Notes under the pieces: model-generated | The model's input: only the letters and a program-made list of their open reading frames with translations | Database searches by the model: none | What the model was told of the DNA's origin: nothing | Assembly: GCA_011109175.1 (NCBI GenBank) | Contig: RDEW01000010.1 | Span: 1,020,796 to 1,084,795, forward strand | Direction of reading: 5' to 3' | Source of the DNA: Dicyema japonicum | Lineage: Eukaryota > Animalia > Dicyemida | DNA length: 64,000 nucleotides | Shown here: piece after piece, positions 48,974-61,833 of the stretch | Layout of the letters: the number at the start of each line of letters is the position of its first letter | How positions within the stretch are numbered: the first letter of the stretch is position 1 | Made by a program: the position numbers and the translations under genes

Positions 48974-51900
48974 GTCACCACCTCACCAAAAAGTCTTGAA
49001 TAAAAAATGGAAAGTTCCCATAAATAAATGGAAAATTCCTCAAAAAATTAATAAAATTTCTAATATTTTTTAATATTTTTTTATTAATTCTCTTCACTGA
49101 CATGATAACACTGCGTCTAACAAATCTACCTGCCGATCTTTTCTCCCCAATGCTTGACCACGCCTCAATCGAAAACAACGGCTCCGGTTTCATCGGTCTG
49201 TGTGGTCGTGAGACAAGTTGTTTCTTCCATTCAAGACTAGAAGCCTCAAATACACGTAAATTGGGGGAAGAAACCCACCACTCTTCAAATCTTAATAAAA
49301 GATGATCGTTGTCGATACAGGAAAGCCGTTGGTGCTCTAGAGGAACACAAGAAAAACCTCTCGATCTTCTTGAGGTGTACCGAGATTACTTAATTAGTTT
49401 GTTGACTTCTTCTTTGTGTTCCCTTCTCGGGGTTATTAAATAAATAAAATAACACTACCGGCCTGTGAAATATTAATTATTTTTTGGTTTTTTATTTAAT
49501 TTATTTATAACCACAGGAAACACCGAGAAAGAAATAGTAACCAAACTAATTAGGGTTCCCCTTATCATTCTCGCCATTTTAATTCTGTGCTCATTGAGGG
49601 ATCCTACCACTTTCGCTTGCGCCTACACATGAAGTCGATGAGGGACGGATGTCTGAGGATACTAATGTTAGATTGACATTATGTGTTTTTCAGAATTTGG
49701 CGGGACCCAGTGCCACTGGATTTGAAAAAGAACCCCTAACCCGTAACTGCATGGGGTCCCTTTCTCTCCCGACTTATATATAACCTTTGTAAATCATCTT
49801 GTAATCTAATTCATGCGATTCGCCTCCTTCAATTGGCTCCCATTGACATGGTGAAACAAAAAGGATCATTTGCTCTCTCCCACTCACTGGAGGAGTTCCA
49901 CCAACTATAAGGTTTAGATGCATTCTTCCCCTTCGACTAGTCTTGAATGGACTTGCGTGATATTAAACAGTCTCTGCGAATATGGGGATACATTTGATCA
50001 GTTGTTAACTATCAACTTATTTCCAAAGTTAACAAAAACTTTATATTTAGCATATATTTTCTTTTTCTGCGACATTAGTAGGTTCTAAGTTAATTTATAG
50101 CATTTTAAACCACATCAATATTCCCGACTGTTATAATGCCATTAGAACAAGCAGTAGCATCAGTATAGACTCAAATTACATTGGATTTGCAAGCAAGTAT
50201 ATATTATTCAGATATTTGACGCAAACTCTAATTAACCGCAAAAATATATGCTTGAATATGGAGGATCTCTTTAAGTACTTGAGTTTTGCACTTCGGCATC
50301 ATGGCCTATAAGAACGTCCATTGGATTAGTAAGAAGATTTTGACAAATTAGGTAAATTCGATTATTGTTATTAGCAAGACTATCCCCCTGATTATGACCT
50401 GGGATGCTGCCGTAAAGAAATGCTTCAAGAATTATATGGATAGACTGTCTATTGGAGAAGGACTTACATCCAATCAGTTTTGCTTAAGAGAACTCTCGAA
50501 AGTATGCTAGTCGAATATAAGAGATGAAGGTTTCTGATGAAGTCACCTCTATTACCTTTCAACTTTTGGAATTGGCATGCCGTGAGGACATCCCATTGAA
50601 CTCTAATAGAGATATTTCGACTGACTCTGATGTGGAAATTGGGATCGTTATTGGGAGATGACCAACCTTCCATTTTACCTCATCCACTCTCACCTCGGAC
50701 GAATTAATAGCCATGTTCATATCATACAGAGTCTTCAACCCAGCCAATGTGAGTACTGAAATGGCACTTTAAGTGGGATCACTCGTGGAGATCAAATGAC
50801 CAAATGTTTTTGTGTCTAAAATTGAAAAATAGAATGACTTACAATGACAAATCTACGTACATCCAACTTTTTGTTCGGGTTTCTGATGTCTCCTGCGTTA
50901 GTCCCTTATTAATGTTCGCAAAAAGGAAAACAAGAGCTTCTATCCATCATGAAGCTAAGTAAATCTCTCTACTTCCATTGAGCACAAGGACTCGACGTGA
51001 AAGTGGTCGATCTCAGGAAACAACTAGTCTTGCCGGTACGTTTCCTATTTGTCGCCAGCTTTCTACATATAAGTGAAGCTGCAGTTGACAATTTAATTCA
51101 ACAAAAATTTATTTAATAATTCCAAGATCAACCAACAAAAAAGTATCAAACGTCAAGTACTAGGGAATTAACCATCCAACAGTTTCCGTATTCTTATCGC
51201 TCGATAGATAAACGACTTTAACGTTTTCCTAAGTTGCTTCCACTAACGTTTCTGGTCATTATCGTAGTATAGTTGCTTTATTGTATTATGTCACGAGCCC
51301 TGAGCGAGATCCAGCCAAAGACGAGATTCGTCTCAACGCTTGGAGATACTTGATTCCGTAACACCTCGGGATCTCAATCGTTTATGGAAATGCCCTCCAT
51401 CACTAATAAATATTATAAAAATGACAACTTTTGACATCTCGGCAGAAGGGATGATAAAAAAAATTAAAAAACTAAATTTTTGTCAATTATATATTTATTT
51501 CAAGTAAAATGTTGGTTGAGTGATTGAAACCTCTTCAATAATGCCTATGTCTTTATTGTACTTAGTCTGTTTATTCTACCCCTTTACAGTTACAACTTTC
51601 AACGTCAGAGGACTCCTTTCGAGCATTAAACAGGAGACCTTATACATTGATTTGGACGATACAAGGTTAGCGAAGTCTGCTTACAAGAGATGAAGGTGAT
51701 TGTGGATGGGATGTTTGCTACGGAAATTATTGACTAATACTACTACCGTCCGACTTCCGAATGTAATGGGCTTTGCAGTTCATCTATCAATCGTGAATCG
51801 GCTACACAAGGTATGGAGAGTTTACAGAATCCTTATCATTCAATTGAATTACATAAAAAGAAATCGATTATGTCTGTCATTAATGAGACGTGCGAGTAGG

Positions 51901-54079
51901 AAAGTTACATGGAGAAAACTGGTAGCACGGATAGTGAAGAGCACGACGCAAGTGAACCCTAAGTATTCATATGCTTATAGGTAAGGTGGGAGTGCATTTA
52001 ACTAATTAACTAACTTAACTACAAGTGAAATAAAAGTGATATTTTTAATCAAATTGATATTTAGGATCATGTGAGACTGATTCCCGCCTAGAAGAGGTCA
52101 AAAATTCACATTCACAAAATTAGTAATAAATGAAATTTTGATGATCAACTTAGGGTCTTGGGCTAGTCTTTAGATTATAAGAGACCGTAAATTCACTCTA
52201 AAGTATGAACGACGTTTTGGGTTAAACTCAAGTTTGAGACTCGTCTTGAGTTAAATGAGGTCCAAAATAAATTCCAAAAATTGGGCGAAAATAAAATTTT
52301 CTTAAAATCAAAATTTTAAACAGAATTTTAATATGAACCACAACAATGTCTAGAGATGGATAACCCCACGAGGGAATGCGTAAGAAATGCATGACTCAAT
52401 GTACTGTTCCTATGACGTTTCTAGGATAGGATGGTCGCAAACCTTCCATAGTCAGATAATCTCTTCTCTTTTAGATGAGAAAACCATCCCTCGCCTTTAT
52501 ATATGAAATGAAAGAAAAAATAATGAAAGTCTCTCATTTAAGACAAAGCTTGCGAAGGCATAAGAGTAGATAAAAAGATCTTCCGCCTCGCATAAATATC
52601 CTCTACAATTCCTTCAAATTGAATTGATACTCTAATTCGGTGTTTCTCAACCTGGGCGATATCTTGGGAGATAGAATTTATAATTATTTTAATTATAAAT
52701 AAAAAAATATTAGTAATATTTTTAGATAAAAACGTGAAATAATTTTCAGGCATCATAAAATGAGCCACTTAAACACTGTGATGGGATAGATTTCTCCCTC
52801 TGGACTTTCAACGTCAAGGGGCTCTCCAGTTAAACCCATACTATTATATAACTCGGGTATTTGGGATTGCACAAGATAGCCACTTAGAAAGTTGACTCCT
52901 TTCACAGATACCAGCTTCGGTATACCATTGCCTCCTGGGACCACTCCAGACTTCCTTCCAACATTATTTATAGGAGAACGAGGAGCACAGTAATTTCGCG
53001 CGAGATCATGGAGGCAAGATGGTCATTGTTTGGACTTCGTCTGGACTGAGGAGCCACGCAAACGTGGCCATGAAGGATTACCTTGTTCTGGGCCCTCAGT
53101 GGTAACGTGGTCGACGCAACCGACCGTCTTTGTTGAAGACGGGAATTGGGAGACACCTCAAGGACTGAGAAGACTTCGGCAGGCTTAGGGACCTTAGCAT
53201 AGCGTAAGTTCGTATAATAATATTATAGAATGAGTTCTGTTATAAAATGCGACACCGAATTAAAAAAAGACTAAAACCAAATTAGCCAATATTGATTGAA
53301 ACGTTACCAAAAAGCTATCAGTTCCAAGGGTCACATTAGTTATATTTAAAAAAAGTGTTAAGTAGGTTTAGTGAACCTCTTTTGACTCTGGATTAAAAAT
53401 GATAAACATACTGACAGAGCGAATGACACTGCACCGAAAGTGGACACCATACTTCCAATACATCTCTTCCTTGTATAATCTGTGACAAACCAACAAGAGG
53501 AAAATCGGTATCCAGGGCTCCTGTTGCCCGAATTTTGGAGACCTTGGGTTATATTTAATGATTACCGTATTTTTAATGAAATCATTCCAAAGACCAATGG
53601 CAAAATCAAACTTATTAATCCCTCATCCAACAGTCATCCAGAGGACAAAGTCCGGGGGACTAAGGTCGAAACCAGAATTCGTCGCTAGGAAGCGAAGTAG
53701 TCTCTAGGTGAAATGAAGAGATGGATCAGGAATTGGGTGTTCCTACATAGGATGAATGTGATGACGCCACTAGAAATAAGGATGAGAAATCTTCAATCAA
53801 GTAGTCGTCACCACACGGCTTTCGTAAATTGTTTTACTATTTTAAACATTTTTGTTTACAAATTAAATGCATAAATAAGTTATTAATTTAATAAAATTCT
53901 AAAGATTTAAATTTACTTGAAATTCAAAATGAGCGACGGGAAAAAGGATTACCGCCTAATCTTTTTTGAATTGCCGTCGTCTGCAAGCAATCTGGCCGTT
54001 AGTAATTTTATGAAGACGCAAAGTAATTTAGAAAGTCGCTTTATTTAATAACCCCGAATACACCGAGAAAAAAGTAATA

Positions 54080-54900
54080 CAGTCTAACTTTATTTTGGAA
54101 CGGACCTCGAGAATGGAACACCTCTGTTTTGATAAACCTTCGGGAATGGAACACTTCAAAAATTTTATTAGAAAATTAATAAAATCCTTACAAAAAGACC
54201 TCGTTTTGGAACACTTATAATTATTTTAATTTAAAATTAAATTTTACAGTTTCTATATTTTACTACAATTAATTTTTAAATCACGTGCAAATTTTTGTTC
54301 ATTTTTTTGCTAGTTTTAAAGTTATCTACACCTTTTATGGGCTTAAACTGCTAAACTTCTTTCAAAAAAGGAGGATTCAATTCGAAAACTCGCGAGAATG
54401 TTTGACACAAGTATCGGTACAATTTCTAGAATCAAGAGAAACATTGTTCCATTCATAAAAAATAAACAGATTTATTCGAATGCAGAGACTTCCTAGTCAG
54501 TGACTAGTGAAAAGCATAAACTTTTGGATTCAAAACTTAAAATCATTTTATTAGGACTGAAAGTCGCATCCAGAATCTTACTTCAAAATTTTAAAACTTC
54601 AAACGGATGGTTAGAAAAATTCAAATTAAGACATGAATTTGTCTGGAAAAAAAGTTTCTAGTGACAGTTCCATGATTGATGAGCTTTTAATTCAATTTAA
54701 TATCAAAATTGACGAATATGGATAACAAATGTAACTGTAAAAACAGCAATTGATAACATAAAGTTGAGGAAAACATTTTAAATATGTTGCCGGATTGTCT
54801 TAAAGATTTTTATATTTTAGAAAACTATTCATGCGCAATTTAAAGTTTAAATATAGACAAAAAATACTGATTACTTTATGTTAGTTTTCCGTTAAATTCT
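54080..54900 (+). mobile_element. Tigger/pogo-like remnant, different family
   Basis: TA|CAGTC start, subterminal GGAACAC repeats and FKTSNGWLEKFKLRH motif. Confidence 0.6.
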
Positions 54901-54999
54901 AAGGTTTTTAATCAACTCAATAATAACATATTTTTGTACAATTTTGGAGTATTTTGTACAATTTTGGAGTAAGTAACTCGATCAGGGTGCCATTCTTTA

Positions 55000-56630
55000 G
55001 GACTGATCTGAATTCCTTCCATCTTGGTTTTTTGCAGAAACCCAGGAAACCTAGACTATTGTTTCTGGTCTACTCCTTTAAAACGAGAGTAGTAAATGAT
55101 CCTCTTCCGTGTGAGGGAAAAGACGCAGGGGCATCCTTTCAGCGAGTTCTTTCCTCAATTCCGTTGTTAAACTGGATATTTCCAATGTCTTAAACATTGT
55201 CAGACGAGATTGCCTTCTCTAAGCTTATCCTCGCGGGGTAGATATGGAAACTGGCTTCTCTAGTGCATGGTTCGGACAGCAATTTTGTATTTGGAGACAA
55301 TATTGTCCTTTCTCAAAACGGTGTCCAGATGGGAACCACTTCCTTTGCCCTGACTCTCAATGATGTTGTACGCAATGTGCGCTTCCCGTTCAATGCATGG
55401 TATCTGAATGGCGCTACGATCGGAGGTCCCCACGACTCCGTTATGGAGGACTTCCAAGTCATTGTCTCGTCTCTAAAAGGTCTTGGCTTGGCCGTTGATA
55501 CCTCGAAAACTGAGATTATCAACGTTTCTATTTTTATTGAACCAGAAAACCATCGTCATATCCAAAATAAACAAAATTCAGGTGATCCCAGCCTCCCTCA
55601 ATAGTCTTCGCATCTTTTCTAGGTGTTCCGACTGCGTTCCAGCTCATTTCCAATATGGGTGGGGTCCGCATACTCGAGTCCTTCGCAGGGGCACTGTTCC
55701 AGTCGCCTCTATCATATTTTCTAGGTTTCTGGGCAGGATTTCCACACGGGAGGATTTCCTTAGCAGGTTTGCTGCCTTCACTTGAATGTTGCAGATCTTG
55801 TCCAAATTCGTTGCAGCAAGGCTAGATCCCTAGACATTACGTGCGTATCCCATTGTAGAATCGGTGAACTGTTTGTATATGACATCCAGTCCACTAGGAT
55901 CTTTTTTGTCTCTTAGGTTTCCCAAGAACGCCTTCAGGAAGTTGATTTTCCTCGTGCAAGTCAATAACATATTTTCGACATGTTTTGTAACGGCTAAGAA
56001 GGTGTCAAAAGTAACTCCTATGATTTTCTGGGATTTGTTTTGCTGGATTTTCTTTCCATCCAGTGTGACGTCAATTTCTATGGCCGACTCAGAACTTTCA
56101 AAAATCAGTATAGTAGAGCAAAGATCAAAGGAGAACCTTAGCATTTTATATCGTCTTGGTTTGGATGTTTGTGAGGCTTATATAGTAGAAAGGAATCCAC
56201 CCCTCCTCCCTCCGGAATATTTCCCAGACAGGCGACCCTAAATAATATTATTGAATGTGGTCTTGAAGCTGCTTGTTTCCCATCTATCATCGAACCTTTC
56301 AGACTTGGCCGAAGCGATGGGATAAGGCCAGATGGGATTACGATCTTCTTATTTACTGAAGGAGGTTCTCTTGTTTGGCATGTAACCTGTGTCGACACCT
56401 TTTCCTTGATGAATATGATTCCTACTATAAACTGTTCTACCGTTTACTCAGCAAAACGAAGGAAGCTAGTTAAATATTCTTAGGGACCGTTTCTCCTTCA
56501 CAATAGCATTATAGCCTTCCGGGGACGAGACTGTCCCATAGGCGTTCTCCTAGAGATTGGAAGCGTAATCTCGTCAAGGTTCGGAGATCCTCGGAAGCGT
56601 CATCGGTTTCGTGAACGCCACGAGATCGCA
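55000..56630 (+). mobile_element. CRE-like remnant with a nested minus-strand I/Jockey LINE fragment (55600-56150)
   Basis: SQNGVQMG...AWYLNGATIGG and RPDGIT...VWHVTCVDT motifs. The nested piece reads KIIGVTFDTFL...RKINFLKA. Confidence 0.75.
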
Positions 56631-57140
56631 ATCGTATTTATTTATTAAAACCAAAAATCACCGACAAATTAAATAACTGCATAGCCGTCAGGTGATTCGG
56701 GCCGCCTCGAATAGCCATCTCATTCTTGCTCGGTGTTCCTCCCTGGTTCCAATGCATTTCCAGATTGGGTGGAGGTTTCTAAGTTTTTTGAGGGTTTATA
56801 AGGCTCCGGTTTTCCTCACTAATTCCTCAAATGGTGTAGGGTTTAGAGGTGACTGGGAAAACCTTTGCAGAGCCTTACTGGCCATTTTTTGAATATATTG
56901 ATTTTTTCTATATTCGCGTTTGATAGTTTGGTTCCCATGCAGTACACCCGTAAGTTAGAGACGGTTTAATATACTGCACGTAGAGCGAGCTAAATTAAAA
57001 ATTCCAAAGACCAAAGTAAGACAAAAGTAACTCGCTTTAAATTATTTTAAATTTTAAATTCGTTTATTAATATTAAATCATTAAAAATAAATTTTAGTTA
57101 CTATTGTTACCTTGACTTAAATAAAAATTGATTATTTAAA

Positions 57141-60100
57141 ATGGCAAAAAAAAGAAGAGAATGTTAGTGATGTAAGTATAGTTATTAAATTATAGTTCGA
57201 CAAAATGTCCATCGAAGTGAAGGAAGCCGTTACCGCCGTTTTAATGCTAAATAGTAAGGAGAATGAAGTTTTGGCCAAATCCTGCGAATCACTTTTTAAA
57301 TTCGCTAGCAAATGTAAATTCATAAATGAACTCCCACAGCTATTGAAGCCAGAAGGACGCTAAACGACTTGAATTGCATCCCACGCTGCTAAACCTGCTA
57401 ACAGTGAGATCAAACTGTTAAGAGAAATGCTTGTATGGTGATTGGGACTCTCAGCCAATATGGTGATATCTGTTGGTCACGTGTAGTCGACGTCAAGCAA
57501 AAGCTGCTTTACTCAAAAAAGTACATTAATATTTTTGTCAACCTCATCAACTCGGATGGTAAGTGCTGGGGTTAGGGAGTAGAAAGTAAACTAATCCACG
57601 AATTCTCGACTCTCACGTTATGCAACCTGGCATCCGACAGTTCCTGTCGTGTGTGGATCGCTGAGTCCTCAGGTTTGGACGCTTTGAACAACTGCTTGAC
57701 TTCTTCTGACCCTGACATACAGAAGAATTCAGTTGAGACTCTTTTGAAGATTTTGGAAGTTTTTTAGTATTAATTCTGATTTGGTAGGATTTTAAAGTTA
57801 AAAAATTGTTCAAGAAAGCCAATATCTTCCCCAATATTTTCCCGCTCTTCTCGTCTGAATATCCCGTCATTCAACGTCTGGCCTTGTCCTGCATAGCTCT
57901 TGCTTCTGATGACCGTTTTTTATTGAATATTGATTTCTAGCTGAAAATAGAGCTGTTTTAAGGGAGCTGGGATGTTCTAAGATATTGTTAAACCTCCTGA
58001 CAAATCCAAAGTACACTGACCTGCAGCCTTATGTGTTAGCCGCTATTGCAGTGATCCTTGAGGACCCACAAATGGCTCAGGTACGTTTTATGGAGGACTG
58101 ACTTCTCAGGAAATTAAGGAAGAAGGTGGAATAACGACTTTGCTTTCGATTCTTTCAGACACAGAAATCGAACTAGCAGCTGCGGACGCTAAGCGTGACA
58201 AAAAGTCCCCGAAGCAAAAAAAGGGGAAAGAAGGTATATATTTCTGATATATTCTTTCAGCGAAGACTTCGAAGGTATCCAGCGCCAAAGGTTGGGTCAA
58301 ATAGTCAAAATAGTTACTAGGAAGGCAAAAGACGTCCGAAACTGTGATTATCCCAATGGCTCCAGACGTGAAAGTTCAGTTGTTGAAGTCTCTGGCAGCT
58401 CTGGCTAAGCACGGTCCCCTATAAGTCTTATACCTCTTTAGAGGAGCACAGAAAACTGCTCTATGAATGTGAGATTGAGAAGGTCTCGTCAAATTGTTGA
58501 CCAATGAAAGCCAGCTTATTCAATACGCCGCTTTGGAGGGTTTGGTAAATATGGCGGAAAATATTGTTAGTCGAATCCGAATTGGAAAAATCGGTATTTT
58601 TGGTGGACATGCTATTTATTAGATGGGATCTCCCCCATAATCAAATTGATGACTAGTGACAACTCGGATAACAGAGAAACCTCCTCCCAAGTGATCGCTA
58701 TACTTACAACGGATAATAAGCCGAACTGCAAGTAATGGGGGTCTCCTACTATTTAGGGAGGTCTCCTCACACTATGAGATTATTTTGAGAGGACTGAGAG
58801 ACAGTAAATTGGTGGTGATCACTAACTGTCTTAATATACTAATAAATTTGGTTGTTTCGAACTATGTGAGTCCAACCAATGCTGGGAGATCATCAGTTGA
58901 TGGGATCTACAATCTACTGAAGAAATCGTACTTGATTTAGCTATTTTAGAGCGTCAAACAACTTCAAGGCCAAGTCCATGTCTTGTCTAGCCATTTCTAC
59001 ATTTTCAGTCGAACCTGATGTCCAATGCAAGGTCTTCAAAATCCATTAAGTTTTCCAGTTCACGAAAAGCAAGGTCCTGAAGGAATTGATCCCTTTGTTG
59101 GAATCCAAGTTCGAATGTGTGCGTACCAATGCAGCCTGGAGTATCGTCATCCTTTCATCTAAGCCTTATGCCGCCGAGAATCTGTCTGAAATGGGGTTTA
59201 ACAGGTTAACTCAGATTTAGAGCCTTGGGAGTGCTTCATAATGTCCTCACTTCAGCTTCTTTGACAAATAAATTCGCTTTGGCTGCATACAACTCTATAC
59301 TGGACTCAAATTTGATCGCTAAATTCGCCTATGAGAATGTCCTGGGTTTCAAATTATGGACAAAATGCAGATTTTACGAATATTATCGAAGAATCCTTTT
59401 TGGACGTCGGGAGACTGAAGGAAGGGAAGCACATTCTCAGCATAGAATCATATTGTAAACTTGAAGTCAGCGAGAAATTGCCTAATATTCTATTCAGCTT
59501 CAACTCTCGGTCTTACGGTCTGTTTTACCGCAGGAAGAACGAAAGTCAACCTTCCGATGCCGACGAAGAACTGAGCGGGGACGAAATAAATGCCATGGAA
59601 ATTAGAGCGTGGCATTTTTACTGATTTTAGTGAAAGTGCAATAAGCAAGGAATCGACTTCACTACTTCTAGACGACTCAGGAAAGCGAAGTAAAAGGGAA
59701 AGTTCAAAGTACTTATTAAAACGTCATCTCTTAAGTAGTCCACTAAAGGAGAATCTGGTGGATCCCCCGGGAAGGTTATCCGAATGCTCGTGGGATCCGA
59801 TGAATGATGGGACCTTAATATCCTACCTAAAGGAAGCCTACGAATTAGTAAGCTCAGCAGAAGATGATCGGTCAAGGATAACAAGCCTGGCCAGGTTTAA
59901 TTGAGTGACCGAATATTGACTAGTCTTGTCTCAAGAATACTTGGAGGTCAAATCACTGATATCGATCAGATCAGTTATGAATGGGAAATCCACTTTGCTG
60001 AGCTTAGAGACAAATACCAATCAATGGTCATTCCCATTGGACTGATTAAGAAAGGCTTCTATGTTCACAGAGCCATGCTGTTTAAGGTACTCATTAGACT

Positions 60101-60320
60101 TAAATAAGGTTTTGGCTGATAAACTGAGCATTCCGTGTACTCTTTACAGAGGTAGTTATGGAAGAGGGTGGAATACGGTGTCTATTTCAACGGACGAGAA
60201 ACAGGTTAAAAATCCCTCACTATTTGGTAGAAAGAGTACATAGTCAATCTGATGACAGATGTAGGACAGCTTATCGACGTTGATTCGCCAGACAGTGAAA
60301 AGTACACAATGTTACATTAA
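57141..60320 (+). CDS. ARMC3: Armadillo repeat-containing protein 3 (ARM repeats plus C-terminal EDR1-like domain)
   Basis: FDKMSIEVKEAVTAVLMLNSKENEVLAKSCESLFKFASK matches the ARMC3 N-terminus. The C-terminus reads VIPIGLIKKGFYVHRAMLFK|VLADKLSIPCTLYRGSYGRGWN...YIVNLM, with TAA at 60318-60320. Many ~22-28 nt introns. Several single-base indels in homopolymers near the 5' end are probably assembly errors. Confidence 0.9.
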
Positions 60321-60671
60321 CAACGATAATATATTAACGTTACTAACATTTTATTAAAATCTACATATCTCTGAAATATAATGGCGGAATTAATACTTAA
60401 ATAAACTTTAAGTACCAGTTGGTAATTTGTCGAAAACTCCCCTTAGATTCCTTTGTTCTTTATCTTCTCGTTTTACTGGGGTAATATAATCCCCCTGTCT
60501 CAAGTAACACACAGTGCCAGTGTATCCGGGATTAGTGAATAATCAATAAAGAAGATTTAAGCGTCATCAAAAAAAATTTTCAGGCAAAAATCATAACCAA
60601 ACTACCATGAAAATAAAAAACAAATAATATGTTCTTAAAAATACAATATATTTCATGTCACGTGGCAACAA

Positions 60672-61833
60672 CTAATACTCAGGGTTCATTGGGAAAATTT
60701 TGGCAAAGATTTTCCCCTCCCATAAGGGAACTATGTCGGCGTCATCGAACACCTCAGCGAAGGCCACAGAAGAGTCAAAATCGAAACAAGTGGTCTTGAA
60801 GAAATACCTAAAGTAAGGACAACCAAAAACCGAAATCTTCCCTTCCTTCCAACGATGGACTTGAATGTCCCTAGATTGATCCTCGTTTCGTTGATCACCG
60901 TCCTGTAGGGGAACTGATCGTCCGAAAACTGGTACCCAACAACAAGAGACCCAGTTGGGGCCACAAGAGAGAAAGAGAAATTTTCCTTGCTCCGATTCAT
61001 GGACCTGGCCTACAACTAAACACGTGACACTACAGTTTGGTTCAGTCTCTGAGCAAAGCACGAGGTCGGCTGAATATTGAGTGGAATCGAAGTCTCCTTG
61101 ATAGAGTTTTCCTTCCAAATCCTAGAAATATGCTTGTCCAGGATGTCATCTGGGTAGGCCATCGAATTAAGCAAGGACCTGTCGTCAGCCTAAAAATCAG
61201 TCTTTTAGGCACGTGAGTCTTTACGCTTTCCATCCTCTGTGAAAGAGCGTCGGCAAAGTCCTGCGGATTGTCCACGGCCATAGTACGAGGATTGAAGCGT
61301 TTGGAGACCTGGAAAGTTACAACGCAAAGTACCGACTGATCGACTATACCAGTCGAGAATGAGCGGTTCATGAAAGGCTGAGAAATAGCGGGCTTCAAGC
61401 ATGAGTAAGTTGAGTCGGCCTCTCTCACAAAATCCAAATATTCGGGGGACAGTAAAAAAATCTTGAAATAATTGTCCCTCATGTAGTTAAAGGACTCATA
61501 GTAAGTTTCCATGAACAATTGGCGTAGGTTTTGGGGCTCCTCCTTCGAGACAATAGCACGTGATATCCTGTGAGACATCTCTGCCGAAAGACAGGGGATG
61601 TTTTCCCTCATAATAAGTCTTCTATGGACGGACTTTGCGTGGGAATAAAGCCTGGTGGGGTCACTGAGCTCCATTATGCCTTTGCAGGAGAATAGAAAAT
61701 CAAGTGAAGAGCCAAGCTGAATCTTATCCATGAATCTCTTGAAGACTTGGAGTCCTTCTCTGTTTTGAAGAACCTCGTCGAAACTGTTGAACCACGGAGG
61801 TACCCTCACATTTGAATAATTAGAATTATCCAT
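60672..61833 (-). CDS. AXIN: Axin (RGS, GSK3-binding, beta-catenin-binding and DIX regions), ~363 aa
   Basis: RGS domain (WFNSFDEVLQNREGLQVFKRFM...LDFLFSCKG), GSK3 helix (NPQDFADALSQRMESV), beta-catenin motif (PDDILDKHISRIW) and DIX domain (VVGYQFSDDQFPYRT...FR|YFFK...VPLWEGKIFAKI). Removing introns 61190-61212, 61010-61033 and 60808-60830 leaves 1092 nt in frame. Confidence 0.93.

Noticed and set aside
57141-57430. Frameshifts in ARMC3 suggesting pseudogenisation, RNA editing or programmed frameshifting
   Set aside because: All fall in short homopolymers while the protein is otherwise conserved to the stop; long-read consensus error is the simpler explanation.
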